Assembly: GCA_029939135.1 (NCBI GenBank)
Contig: JAOZTP010000001.1
Coordinates: forward strand, 1 to 45,905
Reading direction: 5' to 3'
DNA from: Desulfobacterales bacterium
GTDB lineage: Bacteria > Desulfobacterota > Desulfobacteria > Desulfobacterales > JAFDMD01
DNA: 45,905 nt
Both the position numbers and the translations under genes were made by a program. Below the pieces are notes generated by a model. The model saw only the letters and a program-made list of their open reading frames with translations, was not told where the DNA came from and searched no databases. The first letter of the stretch is position 1; every line of letters starts with the position of its first letter. This document shows positions 20,295 to 29,905 of the stretch, piece after piece.

Positions 20295-20329
20295 TATGAG
20301 CTGGAGTTTTATAAAAACTCCAGCTCATA
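20295..20329 (+). other. 16-bp perfect stem-loop between dsrB and dsrD
   Basis: TATGAGCTGGAGTTTT-ATA-AAAACTCCAGCTCATA, followed by TATTTTAATAA. It starts 9 nt after the dsrB stop. Confidence 0.55.
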
Positions 20330-20355
20330 TATTTTAATAAACGGAGATAAATAAA

Positions 20356-20598
20356 ATGGATACAGAAGCGGGAGAAAAAAAAATTCTTGAGTTTCTTGAA
20401 AAAAAGTCAAAATCAAAATCAAAATTTTACCTTAAAGATTTTAATGCTCTTTTCCCGGAAGATAAGCCTCGCGCAGTTAAAAATTTGGCTAATGATATGG
20501 TAAAAAAAGAGATTCTTGAGTATTGGTCAAGCGGAAGCACCACTTTGTATGGCAAAAAAGGAGCCGGCAAACAGGCTGCCGCAGAGCATGAAGATTAA
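20356..20598 (+). CDS. dsrD: DsrD
   Basis: 80 aa with the conserved YWSSGSTTLYG motif. It sits directly after dsrAB. Confidence 0.85.
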   Translation: MDTEAGEKKILEFLEKKSKSKSKFYLKDFNALFPEDKPRAVKNLANDMVKKEILEYWSSGSTTLYGKKGAGKQAAAEHED

Positions 20599-20610
20599 TA
20601 ATAACAATCA

Positions 20611-22035
20611 ATGAACCTTACTGAAGAGCTGCAAAAAAAGAGCGCTCTTGTTGTTCCGAGAATAATTATTGCAGCTCTTAAAGGCGGATCCGGAAAAACC
20701 ATTTTTTCTGTAGGTATAGCCGCAGCTTTAAAAGAGAGCGGCAAATCGGTGGCGGTATATAAAAAAGGTCCGGATTATATTGACGCCGGATGGCTTGCGC
20801 TTGCCGCAGATAAGCCATGTTACAATCTTGATAATTTTCTCATTTCCAATCATCAGATCAAAAATTCTTTCATATCAAAGAGTCATAATGCCGATATAGC
20901 GATTATCGAAGGCAATAGAGGTATTTTTGACGGACTTGATACAGACGGTACAACCAGCACCGCAGGGCTTGCAAAACTGCTTGATGCGCCGGTTATATTA
21001 TGTCTTGACTGCACAAAAACCACTAGAACCATAGCCGCTGTTCTTTACGGCTGTTTGATGTTCGACCCGAATTTAAAAATAAAAGGGGTAATATTAAACA
21101 GAGTGGGGGGCGCGAGACACGAACAGATTATTCGGAAATCAATTGAAAAATATTGTAAAATTCCGACGCTCGGCGCAATTCCGAAATTAAAAAAGGAGGC
21201 GTTTCCGGAACGCCATATGGGGCTTGTGCCTACGCAGGAACATGAATGGGCGGAAAGCTCAATTCAATCCGTTTTATCCGTTGTAAAAAAGTATATAGAT
21301 ATAGATAAAATTATAGCTATAGCCAAAGATACTTCCAAACTAATCATTGATAACGACATTGAACATAAAACCCATCCCGTCAAAGTTGCCTCCAAACATA
21401 AAATAGGAATAATAAGAGATTCCGCTTTTCAGTTTTATTACCAGGAGAATCTTGACGCTCTTTGCGCTTATGGAGCTGATATAGTTTTTATAAGCCCTTT
21501 AAAAGACGCCGACATATCAGACGAAATATCGGCTCTTTATATAGGAGGAGGTTTTCCGGAAACTCATGCCGCATATTTGGCGGCAAATAACAGCTTTAAA
21601 AATAAGATAAAGCTATTTGCCAAAGCCGGAATGCCTATTTACGGGGAATGCGGCGGGCTGATGTATTTAAGCGAATCGGTTAGAATTGAGGACGCTATAT
21701 ATCCTATGACCGGAGTTTTGCCAATTCAATATTCCTTTTCCAAAAGGCCGGCGGCTCACGGATATACTATAATTAAGGTTCAAAAAGATAATCCCTACTT
21801 TAAAAAAGGAATGATCATAAAGGGACATGAGTTTCATTATTCAAAAGTTGAAAAATGTAACGTAGAGGAGGAATCGCTTGCCTTTGACATGACAAGAGGG
21901 GTAGGATTAATTAATAAAAAAGACGGAGCCTGTTACAAAAACGTTCTCGGAACATATACGCATATACATTCCGCAGGAAATCCGGTTTGGGCGGAATCTA
22001 TGGTAAAACTTGCCGTAAACTATTCAAAAAAATAA
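20611..22035 (+). CDS. dsrN: Cobyrinic acid a,c-diamide synthase homolog; in this context DsrN (siroheme amidase)
   Basis: N-terminal ATP-binding region GGSGKT and a C-terminal GATase-1 domain with GECGGLMYL. It follows dsrD, as in dsrABDN loci. Confidence 0.8.
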   Translation: MNLTEELQKKSALVVPRIIIAALKGGSGKTIFSVGIAAALKESGKSVAVYKKGPDYIDAGWLALAADKPCYNLDNFLISNHQIKNSFISKSHNADIAIIEGNRGIFDGLDTDGTTSTAGLAKLLDAPVILCLDCTKTTRTIAAVLYGCLMFDPNLKIKGVILNRVGGARHEQIIRKSIEKYCKIPTLGAIPKLKKEAFPERHMGLVPTQEHEWAESSIQSVLSVVKKYIDIDKIIAIAKDTSKLIIDNDIEHKTHPVKVASKHKIGIIRDSAFQFYYQENLDALCAYGADIVFISPLKDADISDEISALYIGGGFPETHAAYLAANNSFKNKIKLFAKAGMPIYGECGGLMYLSESVRIEDAIYPMTGVLPIQYSFSKRPAAHGYTIIKVQKDNPYFKKGMIIKGHEFHYSKVEKCNVEEESLAFDMTRGVGLINKKDGACYKNVLGTYTHIHSAGNPVWAESMVKLAVNYSKK

Positions 22036-22075
22036 AACCCTTGCACAACTTTTTTGTTGTACAAGGGTTTTATTA
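22034..22075. terminator. Bidirectional intrinsic terminator between dsrN and cytochrome c3
   Basis: AAAACCCTTGCACAAC-TTTTTT-GTTGTACAAGGGTTTT, with A/T runs on both sides. Confidence 0.6.
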
Positions 22076-22096
22076 CCTTATTTAACCTTATCTTAT

Positions 22097-22549
22097 TTAG
22101 CTGGCTTTAGGATGACAACCTGTGCAAGTGGTAGGAGCCGCTTTAGTGCTATTCTTTTTATTATAAACTTTATGGCATTTTTTGCATTTGGCATGCATAG
22201 CTTCGGCATGATATTGTAGCTTTTCTGCCGGCGTAAGTTTCGGAGCATTTTTGCCTTTTGGTTTTTCTCCGGGTTTATTATGGCATGCTATACAATTTTG
22301 CACATCGTCTCCCATTTTCAGATCAAGAGAAGCTCCCTTATCGTCATGATGGCAGTCGCCGCATTTTAAATCGCGTTCTTCGGCATGTTTTTTATGCTGA
22401 AATTCGCATATGCTTTTTTTATGCTCGGTATAAGCTTTATTCTCCATTTTAATTGCGTCTTCAACCGTCGAGCCTGCAAAAAGACCCGCAGAGATAAAAA
22501 AGCTTACAAAAAATAGGGCGCCTGCAAGTAAAGATAGTTTTTTCTTCAT
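22097..22549 (-). CDS. Periplasmic tetraheme cytochrome c3
   Basis: Signal peptide and four CxxCH motifs (CGDCH, CIACH, CKKCH, CTGCH) in 150 aa, with extra His residues available as sixth ligands. Confidence 0.85.
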   Translation of the reverse strand: MKKKLSLLAGALFFVSFFISAGLFAGSTVEDAIKMENKAYTEHKKSICEFQHKKHAEERDLKCGDCHHDDKGASLDLKMGDDVQNCIACHNKPGEKPKGKNAPKLTPAEKLQYHAEAMHAKCKKCHKVYNKKNSTKAAPTTCTGCHPKAS

Positions 22550-22696
22550 AATTAAGCATTTCCTTTCAATTAATTAAAATTAATATTTAATTTTTTTTAT
22601 TTTTATTAATTTTAATTGTTAAGCTTGTCAATAAATAAGTAAGAGAGAATTCAAGGAGAAGAGGATTTTATCAAGATTTTAACTACGATTCATACA

Positions 22697-22815
22697 ATTA
22701 AGGGATTTCGCCTTGTTGCGCTTGTCGAAATAACATCGTAAAAAAAGGTTCGCCAAAATAATGCGGCAAAAATAAGAAGCCTGTCATTTCGAGAGAAGCG
22801 AGAAATTCCTTAATT
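22697..22815. repeat. Palindromic intergenic repeat, copy B
   Basis: AATTAAGGGATTTCGCCTTGTTGCGCTTGTCGAAATAACA...CTGTCATTTCGAGAGAAGCGAGAAATTCCTTAATT. Confidence 0.6.
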
Positions 22816-22826
22816 GTTTTTTCTGT

Positions 22827-23666
22827 TTATATCTTGTGTTTTTCAAAAATAGCTTTTAATGACGCTTTACCTATTATGTGGGCTTTATCCGAAATAGTAT
22901 AACAGGCTTGTTTATCTGATCGGGGATCCACGTCTCCTATTTTTAAGCCTGCAAAAACCTGTCTGTTATTCATAATTAAGCCTCTTATTACTCCGTTAAA
23001 AGGGGCTTTCACCTCGGCGTTATCCACATAACAGATTATATCATCTTTTTTTACGTAATCTCCTATATCAAGGATATTTTTTATTATGCCGGATTTAGGC
23101 GAGCGCAATACTCTTTCTTTTGCATAACCCATTATATTTGCTGGAATCCCGGTGTTTGCGGATGCGAAACCTTTACGGACAATTTGTCCCAAACTTTCGC
23201 CCCTATTTGTTTCTATTACTATATCCGCATTTTTTCCGGCTTCAAATCCGGGTCCCAATGCTATGACAAGGGGCGCAATCTTTTTTGTTAAACCCAGATT
23301 TTTTTTTGCTATCGTAGCGTCTATTACTACATTAGGTTTGAAAAAATTAATAGCGGCAGATAATGTATCGGTTATAACCGGAATATTATTATCTGATAAT
23401 ATTTTTTCAGCCTTTTTGAAATTATCCGAAAAAACGGCGGTTACTCCTTCAATAGTAGTTTTTTTGTCTATCTTCGCCTGAGCGAAAGATACTTTTCTTC
23501 GGACGGCAAGGGGATTATCTATTTCTAAAATCACAACCTTTATTTTTGCTTTATAAAGGTTGTATGCAACTCCTGATGCTACGTCTCCTCCTCCTCTTAT
23601 TATTACGGATATGTTTTTTAAAAATCCTTGATAATTAAGAGGCTTGTTATCTTTAATCTTTGACAT
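22827..23666 (-). CDS. Possible YqeB/XdhC-like accessory protein (selenium-dependent molybdenum hydroxylase system type)
   Basis: VIIRGGGDVASGVAYNLYKA...LEIDNPLAVRRKVSFAQA resembles the YqeB family as I recall it. This was not verified by search. Confidence 0.4.
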   Translation of the reverse strand: MSKIKDNKPLNYQGFLKNISVIIRGGGDVASGVAYNLYKAKIKVVILEIDNPLAVRRKVSFAQAKIDKKTTIEGVTAVFSDNFKKAEKILSDNNIPVITDTLSAAINFFKPNVVIDATIAKKNLGLTKKIAPLVIALGPGFEAGKNADIVIETNRGESLGQIVRKGFASANTGIPANIMGYAKERVLRSPKSGIIKNILDIGDYVKKDDIICYVDNAEVKAPFNGVIRGLIMNNRQVFAGLKIGDVDPRSDKQACYTISDKAHIIGKASLKAIFEKHKI

Positions 23667-23940
23667 TTTATATTTTTCCGTTTAAAAATTTGTTTACTTT
23701 CATAGAAACTGTTTGTTTTGGTTTTAAATAATAAAATAGCAAAATTTTCAAGCTATAAAAATAAATTTTTGTTAATAAACGGTTATACAAATAAAAAAAA
23801 TGACGCTATTAATAAAAAGAGCCGGAAAATTAGATTTTTTAGAAACATCTCATGTTGGTGCGGAAAGCATTTGAGGTAGCCTTATTGTTAAACTTATCTG
23901 ATAGTGTGTAAGTGGTAACACAATATTTGAAGGGATATTT

Positions 23941-24999
23941 ATGTATAAAGAGGATATTCGTAACTTAATCCAACAATCGCCGCTGGAAATTGATACCGAA
24001 ATTAAAATGAGCGGACATCCGCCTACTATGGCAAGTTCGGCATTTCTTATAAATAAAGAGCAGGGGGATTGGGCTGAAAAAATTGTTTTTAAGGCAATTA
24101 ATGAATACTCAAACGATTATTTCGCTATTGAATATGGACGATCCGAATCTATAGCCGCCGGCGACAAAGGGTTTGCTGATTTTTATATGGAATATCAAAA
24201 AGAACTTAATACAATAGGTAAAAGACCGGATATTTTGATATTTAAGGTAAGCGATTTTCCGGATAAAATTATTGATGTTGAAAATGACAACCATATAAGG
24301 CAAGCGGTTGCCGCGCTTGAGGTTAGATCAAGCTCATTTCTATCGAATAAATATGCCGCATTTATGAAAAAAAGACAGCGAATGGCTATTGAAAAATGTA
24401 TTGAAATTAAAAAAGCTATTATCGGTAGCCATCTTGGCGCTTTATTAGAACGCAAAAATGAAATTATCTACAATCTTATATTAAACGCTCATAACGACAC
24501 TTTTAAAGAATTGGATTTTCGAAGTCCTTCTTGGTCATTAACAAAAGAATTAAGAGAGTTGACAACACTATTAAAAAATATAAAAGAAAATATAAAGATA
24601 TTACATAAACGAGATTATTTAAGTATTACGCCGAAAATGGAAGATATTGCCCTCGTGAACAGATGGATACAGCACTATAATGTTAAACATTTTTATCTGC
24701 AGGTATTTTTTGACAAAGCATATATAATATTATTTAAAGATATTTTAACTTTGGTTTCGAATGATAACAACGATGGCAATACTTTTTCAATAGAACGGGA
24801 TATTAAAAATCAGAGAAAAACAACAATAAAGATAAATGTGCAAATCGGCAAAGAGGCGCTTGGAAAAATAGATATGCCCAAACATAAATCCGCGATGAAA
24901 GAGTTAGATAGAGGGCGACTGTTGTTTTATGTAACTTTTGAAGGAGGCAAAGGGTATCTTGATAATGAAATATTTATAAAAGATGTAATCAATGCTTGA
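23941..24999 (+). CDS. Putative type II restriction endonuclease (family unassigned)
   Basis: 8-nt overlap with the downstream methyltransferase. Possible PD-(D/E)xK-like core GKRPDILIF...AALEVRSS, where ExR stands in place of ExK. No other motif was recognised. Confidence 0.4.
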   Translation: MYKEDIRNLIQQSPLEIDTEIKMSGHPPTMASSAFLINKEQGDWAEKIVFKAINEYSNDYFAIEYGRSESIAAGDKGFADFYMEYQKELNTIGKRPDILIFKVSDFPDKIIDVENDNHIRQAVAALEVRSSSFLSNKYAAFMKKRQRMAIEKCIEIKKAIIGSHLGALLERKNEIIYNLILNAHNDTFKELDFRSPSWSLTKELRELTTLLKNIKENIKILHKRDYLSITPKMEDIALVNRWIQHYNVKHFYLQVFFDKAYIILFKDILTLVSNDNNDGNTFSIERDIKNQRKTTIKINVQIGKEALGKIDMPKHKSAMKELDRGRLLFYVTFEGGKGYLDNEIFIKDVINA

Positions 25000-26533
25000 A
25001 TCGAAATATATAAAAGAAACGCCGCTTAATTACAGAAAAAATTACGGCCAATTTTTTACGCCGTCTTCAGTAGCTCGTCTTATGGTGAAATGGGTTTTAA
25101 GAGATAATCCGAAAACAATATTAGATCCTGCCTTTGGATTAGGCGTTTTTTACGATGAAACAATAAAGATAAAACCGAACAGTCAGATTTTTTTTTCGGG
25201 ATATGAGATAGATAATCGTATTATAAATTTTTTTAACTATCACGCGAACAATTTTAATTGTAGAGTTAATAATCAAGATTATCTCCAAACGGAAGCAGGT
25301 TTTTTTGACGGTATTATTTGTAATCCGCCGTATATGCGATTTCAAAAATTTCTTAACCGTCATCAAATATTGCCGAAGATTGAAAAGAAAATCGGCAAAA
25401 AACTTGTGGGATACGTAAATATTTCATCTGTGTTTTTACTTAAGTCTTTAAAAGAACTTAAAGTAAACGGTAATTTGGCATATATTATGCCATTTGAATT
25501 TTTCAATGCGGGTTATGGAAAACAAATCAAAAAATTTCTCCTTGATAACAATTTTTTAAAACAGATAGTAATATTTTCAAATGAAAAAGAGATTTTTCCG
25601 GAGGCAATAACAACCGTTTGTATGCTTCTTTGTAAAAACGACGGAAAACAGAATAGTATAAAAATAACAATTATCAATACAAATGAAGAGATTGAAAAGA
25701 TAGCCGATATAAGTAATTTCTATCAAAAAGAGATACCCCCTTCCGATTTGCCATATAATAAAAAGTGGACGCCTCTAATATTATCATTATTTTCCGAGCA
25801 AAAGATTCCGGACGATTTTTCTGTAATATCTTCTTACGGCACTTTTAGCAGAGGAATTGCTACAGGCGCAAACGTTTTTTTTTCGCTTACAAAGTCAGAA
25901 ATTGAAAAATGGAAGTTAGACGGCAATAACTTATGCAAGTGTATTACAAAAAGTTTTCAAATAAAAAAGCCGTTATTTACAGAGAGCGATTTTAATATAT
26001 TATACAAAGCAGACAAGCCGGTACATTGTTTAGACGTAAAAAAAATTGATAATCAACAAGTAATAGAATATATAAAAGAAGGAGAGAAATTAGGTTATCA
26101 CCAAAGATATCTTACAAAAAAAAGAAATACTTGGTATAAAATTGAAAATAGAAAACCCGCTCCGATTTTGTTCGGCGTTTTTAACAGAGGAAGATTAAAA
26201 GTAATACGAAATTTTACCACAGCAATAAACTTTACATGTTTTCATTCTTTTTATCCGAATATGTACGGGCAGCAACTTGTGAATAAGTTATTTATTTATT
26301 TAATCAGCGAAATAGGGCAAAGTATCATAAAAAACAATAAACGAAGCTATGGAGACGGATTAGACAAATTTGAACCGGGCGACTTAAACGACGGCTTATG
26401 TCCGAATCAAAAACAATTTGAAATGATCGGCGAGCAAGATGTTAGAAAAGTGATTAATCTTATTAATGAAGATGAAAAAGCGGCAATTCAAATCAGTAAC
26501 AATTTGATTGAAAAAATTATAAACGCCTCATAA
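24992..26533 (+). CDS. N6-adenine DNA methyltransferase, gamma class (Eco57I/TaqI-like)
   Basis: Motif I ILDPAFGLGVF precedes motif IV ICNPPYMRF. A long C-terminal region is consistent with a target-recognition domain. Confidence 0.8.
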   Translation: MLESKYIKETPLNYRKNYGQFFTPSSVARLMVKWVLRDNPKTILDPAFGLGVFYDETIKIKPNSQIFFSGYEIDNRIINFFNYHANNFNCRVNNQDYLQTEAGFFDGIICNPPYMRFQKFLNRHQILPKIEKKIGKKLVGYVNISSVFLLKSLKELKVNGNLAYIMPFEFFNAGYGKQIKKFLLDNNFLKQIVIFSNEKEIFPEAITTVCMLLCKNDGKQNSIKITIINTNEEIEKIADISNFYQKEIPPSDLPYNKKWTPLILSLFSEQKIPDDFSVISSYGTFSRGIATGANVFFSLTKSEIEKWKLDGNNLCKCITKSFQIKKPLFTESDFNILYKADKPVHCLDVKKIDNQQVIEYIKEGEKLGYHQRYLTKKRNTWYKIENRKPAPILFGVFNRGRLKVIRNFTTAINFTCFHSFYPNMYGQQLVNKLFIYLISEIGQSIIKNNKRSYGDGLDKFEPGDLNDGLCPNQKQFEMIGEQDVRKVINLINEDEKAAIQISNNLIEKIINAS

Positions 26534-26609
26534 ATGGAGCAATCGCTCCTTTTCATGATTTTATATCTTTATATTTTAAATAATAAAGATAGAAAAAGCA
26601 GGATAAAAA

Positions 26610-28889
26610 ATGCAACACAACCTTCTTGATACAATAGGGAACACTCCGATTGTAGAAATAAAAAAATTAAATCCGAATCCTAATGTAAAGATATTTGCAA
26701 AATTAGAATATATGAACCCGGGCGGCTCAATTAAGGATAGGATTGCTTATTCTATGATATTAGACGGAGAAAAGAAAAAAAGCTTAACGCCGGATAAGAT
26801 TGTTATTGAAGCCACAAGTGGAAATACGGGAATAGGGCTTGCTTTGGTTTGCGCGGTCAAAGGGTATAAGCTTATGATAGCGATGCCGGAAACTGCAAGC
26901 GAAGAACGAAAGCAGATATTAAAAGCTATGGGGGCGGATCTTATTCTTACTCCAGGAGCGTTGGGAACCGACGGAGCGATAGAAGAGGTTTATAATATTG
27001 CGAGAGAAAAGCCGAATCTTTATTTTATGACGGACCAATTCAATAGTCCGGCAAACTGGCAGGCTCACTATTATGGGACCGCAAATGAAATATGGGAACA
27101 AACGGAACAAAAGATAACAATGTTGGTCGCTACAATGGGAACTACCGGAACGGTTATGGGATTATCAAGAAGATTAAAGGAGCTTAATAATAGTATAAAA
27201 ATTATAGGGGTAGAGCCTTATTTGGGGCATAAGCTTCAGGGTTTAAAAAATATGAAAGAGGCTTATTGTCCCGAATTATACGAAAAGGGGCGGCTTGATA
27301 CAAAGATTAATATAGACGACGACAAAGCTTTTGAAATGACAAAACGTCTTGCAAAAGAGGAGGGCTTATTTGTAGGAATGAGCAGCGGAGGCGCTTTAAG
27401 CGTAGCGCAAAAAGAGGCTGAAAAGATGGAAAGCGGGGTTATAACGGTTATTTTTCCGGACGGCGGAGAAAGATATTTAAGCGCTAATCTTTTTACTCCG
27501 AAAGCGAAGACAAATATAAAGCTTTTCAATACGATATCCGGCAAAAAAGAGAGATTTATCTCTATAAAGACGGATGAAGTATCCGTATATTCTTCCGGTC
27601 CTGCAGTATTTTCAAAGCTTGATTTGGGGGAATGCAGGCGTTATGTTTTTGCGGATATTATTTGCAGATATTTTAAATTTTTAAATTTCGAAGTAAAGCA
27701 TATAATAGATATTACGGATATGGACGATAAAACAATAGAAGGCTCTTCAAATGAAAATATGCTTTTATCCGATTTTACGCAAAGAAATATAGAATCGTTT
27801 AAACGGGATTTGAAAATATTAAATATTTGCCCCGCATCAGATTATCCGAAGGCTAGCGAGCATATACAAGATATGATAGACCTTGCGAAAAAGCTTGTTG
27901 AAAAGGGTTTTGCTTACGAAAAATTACGCTCCTTATATTTTGATATTTCGAGATGTAAAGAATACGGCAAGCTATCCCGCATAAATCTTGATAAAATAAA
28001 AATAGGCGCAACGGTTGATTTGGATAGTTACGAAAAGAATAATCCGAAAGATTTTACTTTGTTTAAGCGAGCAAAACTATCCGAATTAAAGCGAGGAATA
28101 TACGCAAAAACGGACTGGGGAAATGTTCGTCCTTCTTGGCATATACAATCAGCCGCAATAGCCGCAAAATATTTGGGAGAAACTTTCGATATACATATAA
28201 GCGCAAAAAATTTTATATTTCCTCATCATGAAAATAAGATTGCCATAGCCGAAAGCGCTACGGGCAAGCTTCCGGCAAAATACTGGGTGGACTGCGATAA
28301 GGTTATGTTTAACGGTAAAAAAACGGATAAAGGAAATAATTTTCATACCGTAGAGGAGCTGTTAAAACAAGGATATACCGGTGAGGAAATAAGATACTGG
28401 CTTATGGCGACCCATTACGGAAAGCCTATAGTATTATCCGCCGAAAGACTTGATTACCGAAAAAGAGCGCTGCAAAGGATGAATCGATTTATTGCGTCTC
28501 TTATAAATATCAAAGGGGGCGAGACTTATCCTGAAACGGAGCAACTTTGCTATGATATAAAAAATGATTTTATATCGGCTATGGACGATGATTTAAACGT
28601 ATCTGCGGCGTTAGCCTCTATTTTTATAAATATTAAAAAAATAAATAAATTAACTTTAGATAAAAAGCTTGATAAATCGGACGCCGAAAAGATTATAACG
28701 GTATTTGAAAAGATAAATACCGTTTTGCAGATATTTGATTTGGATAAAAAGGTTTATAACGAAAATATAGAGGCTTTAATAAAGAAACGGGAAGAAGCGA
28801 GAAGAAATCAGGACTGGGACGCCGCCGATAAAATAAGGGAAGAGCTTAAAAGTATTGGCGTTAATATATTCGATAAAAAAATCGGATAA
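26610..28889 (+). CDS. Fusion protein: cysteine synthase (CysK/CysM-type, PLP) joined to a CysRS-like domain with degenerate catalytic motifs
   Basis: The first ~295 aa carry GGSIKDR (PLP Lys), TSGNTGIGLA, GTTGT and SSGG. From IKLFNTISGKKERF onward the protein is colinear with CysRS (ITDMDDKTI, FPHHENK, and a C-terminal IEALIKKREEARRNQDWDAADKIREEL). Confidence 0.8.
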   Translation: MQHNLLDTIGNTPIVEIKKLNPNPNVKIFAKLEYMNPGGSIKDRIAYSMILDGEKKKSLTPDKIVIEATSGNTGIGLALVCAVKGYKLMIAMPETASEERKQILKAMGADLILTPGALGTDGAIEEVYNIAREKPNLYFMTDQFNSPANWQAHYYGTANEIWEQTEQKITMLVATMGTTGTVMGLSRRLKELNNSIKIIGVEPYLGHKLQGLKNMKEAYCPELYEKGRLDTKINIDDDKAFEMTKRLAKEEGLFVGMSSGGALSVAQKEAEKMESGVITVIFPDGGERYLSANLFTPKAKTNIKLFNTISGKKERFISIKTDEVSVYSSGPAVFSKLDLGECRRYVFADIICRYFKFLNFEVKHIIDITDMDDKTIEGSSNENMLLSDFTQRNIESFKRDLKILNICPASDYPKASEHIQDMIDLAKKLVEKGFAYEKLRSLYFDISRCKEYGKLSRINLDKIKIGATVDLDSYEKNNPKDFTLFKRAKLSELKRGIYAKTDWGNVRPSWHIQSAAIAAKYLGETFDIHISAKNFIFPHHENKIAIAESATGKLPAKYWVDCDKVMFNGKKTDKGNNFHTVEELLKQGYTGEEIRYWLMATHYGKPIVLSAERLDYRKRALQRMNRFIASLINIKGGETYPETEQLCYDIKNDFISAMDDDLNVSAALASIFINIKKINKLTLDKKLDKSDAEKIITVFEKINTVLQIFDLDKKVYNENIEALIKKREEARRNQDWDAADKIREELKSIGVNIFDKKIG

Positions 28890-28919
28890 AAGTTTATGAC
28901 TATGTTTAAGAGGCAAAAA

Positions 28920-28944
28920 GGATTTTGCGCAAAGCGTAAAATCC
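28920..28944. terminator. Hairpin between the convergent cysK-cysS-like gene and the usp gene
   Basis: GGATTTTGCGC-AAA-GCGTAAAATCC (11 bp with one G-U pair), followed by CTTTATTCTTTTA. Confidence 0.5.
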
Positions 28945-28954
28945 CTTTATTCTT

Positions 28955-29839
28955 TTATTTATTGAGGCTGATAACAGGGCAGCCGGAGCGAATGATTATT
29001 TGTTCCATGTTAGAGCCGAAACCTTTGTTTTCTTTATTATGATGCGCCATAATTATTAAGGAAAAATCTTTTTCCCGAGCATACTTTACTATTTCGACAT
29101 ACGGAATTCCTTCACAAACATGCGCCGACGCTTTTATAGTATTGCTATCTCGTTGAATGTATTTTGCATCTATATTTTTGTAAGCTTCAAGCATTTTTGT
29201 CTCTATTTCTTCCTGATTGATTATAGCTTTTGAAAAAACGGGGTTGATATCCACAACATTAAAAATATTCAGTTTGCAGTTGAGAAATTTTGCAAGATTA
29301 ACTGTAAAATCAAAAGCCGCATCTGATGCTTTTGAAAAATCCACGCAAAAGAGAATGCCTGATATATTTTTTAAAAAAGAGGGACTCGGACGGCATAAAA
29401 CCATAACCGGAATATTTGCGGCTTGAGCTACTCTTAACACTGTAGAGCCAAGCATATGTTTTTTATATGCCGAAAATTTTTCTTTAGAAGTTCCGCCGAG
29501 AGCTACAAGATCGTAAGTTTCGTCTTTAATCTCTTTTAAAATTTCGCGGTAAGGCATGCCTGCCGTAATCTTAATATCAAAGCTTTTTACTTTTTTAAAC
29601 TGAGCGGCATAGTAAATTTTCATCTCTTCTTTGACCCAAGACGTATATTCTTTACTTATTTCAACTTTTTCGCCGGTTTTTACGTCTATTATCTCTTGGC
29701 TGAAACCGCGAGACGGAACGCCCGCTACATGAAAAACGGTTATATGAGCATTAGTGAAATTGGCAAGTCGAAAAGCCGATTTAGCCGCATTATCGCAAGC
29801 ATGAACCGCGGATGTTGCGAGTAGAATTTTTTTAAACAC
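28955..29839 (-). CDS. Tandem universal stress protein (2 x USP domains)
   Basis: Two repeats of the USP pattern (KKILLATS...VFHV and GILFCVDFS...IFNVVD). The likely start is the GTG at 29839, 6 nt after AAGGAGG. The track ORF extends to 29869. Confidence 0.75.
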   Translation of the reverse strand: MFKKILLATSAVHACDNAAKSAFRLANFTNAHITVFHVAGVPSRGFSQEIIDVKTGEKVEISKEYTSWVKEEMKIYYAAQFKKVKSFDIKITAGMPYREILKEIKDETYDLVALGGTSKEKFSAYKKHMLGSTVLRVAQAANIPVMVLCRPSPSFLKNISGILFCVDFSKASDAAFDFTVNLAKFLNCKLNIFNVVDINPVFSKAIINQEEIETKMLEAYKNIDAKYIQRDSNTIKASAHVCEGIPYVEIVKYAREKDFSLIIMAHHNKENKGFGSNMEQIIIRSGCPVISLNK

Positions 29840-29861
29840 AATTGCCTCCTTTTGTACATGT

Positions 29862-29885
29862 CTTGTCAAGCGAAGCGAGAATTAT
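29862..29885. repeat. Half copy (one arm) of the palindromic repeat, copy C
   Basis: GTCAAGCGAAGCGAGAATT matches the right-arm core TCGAGCGAAGCGAGAAAT. Confidence 0.35.
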
Positions 29886-29905
29886 TTTTATAAAGGTCAT
29901 GTATT

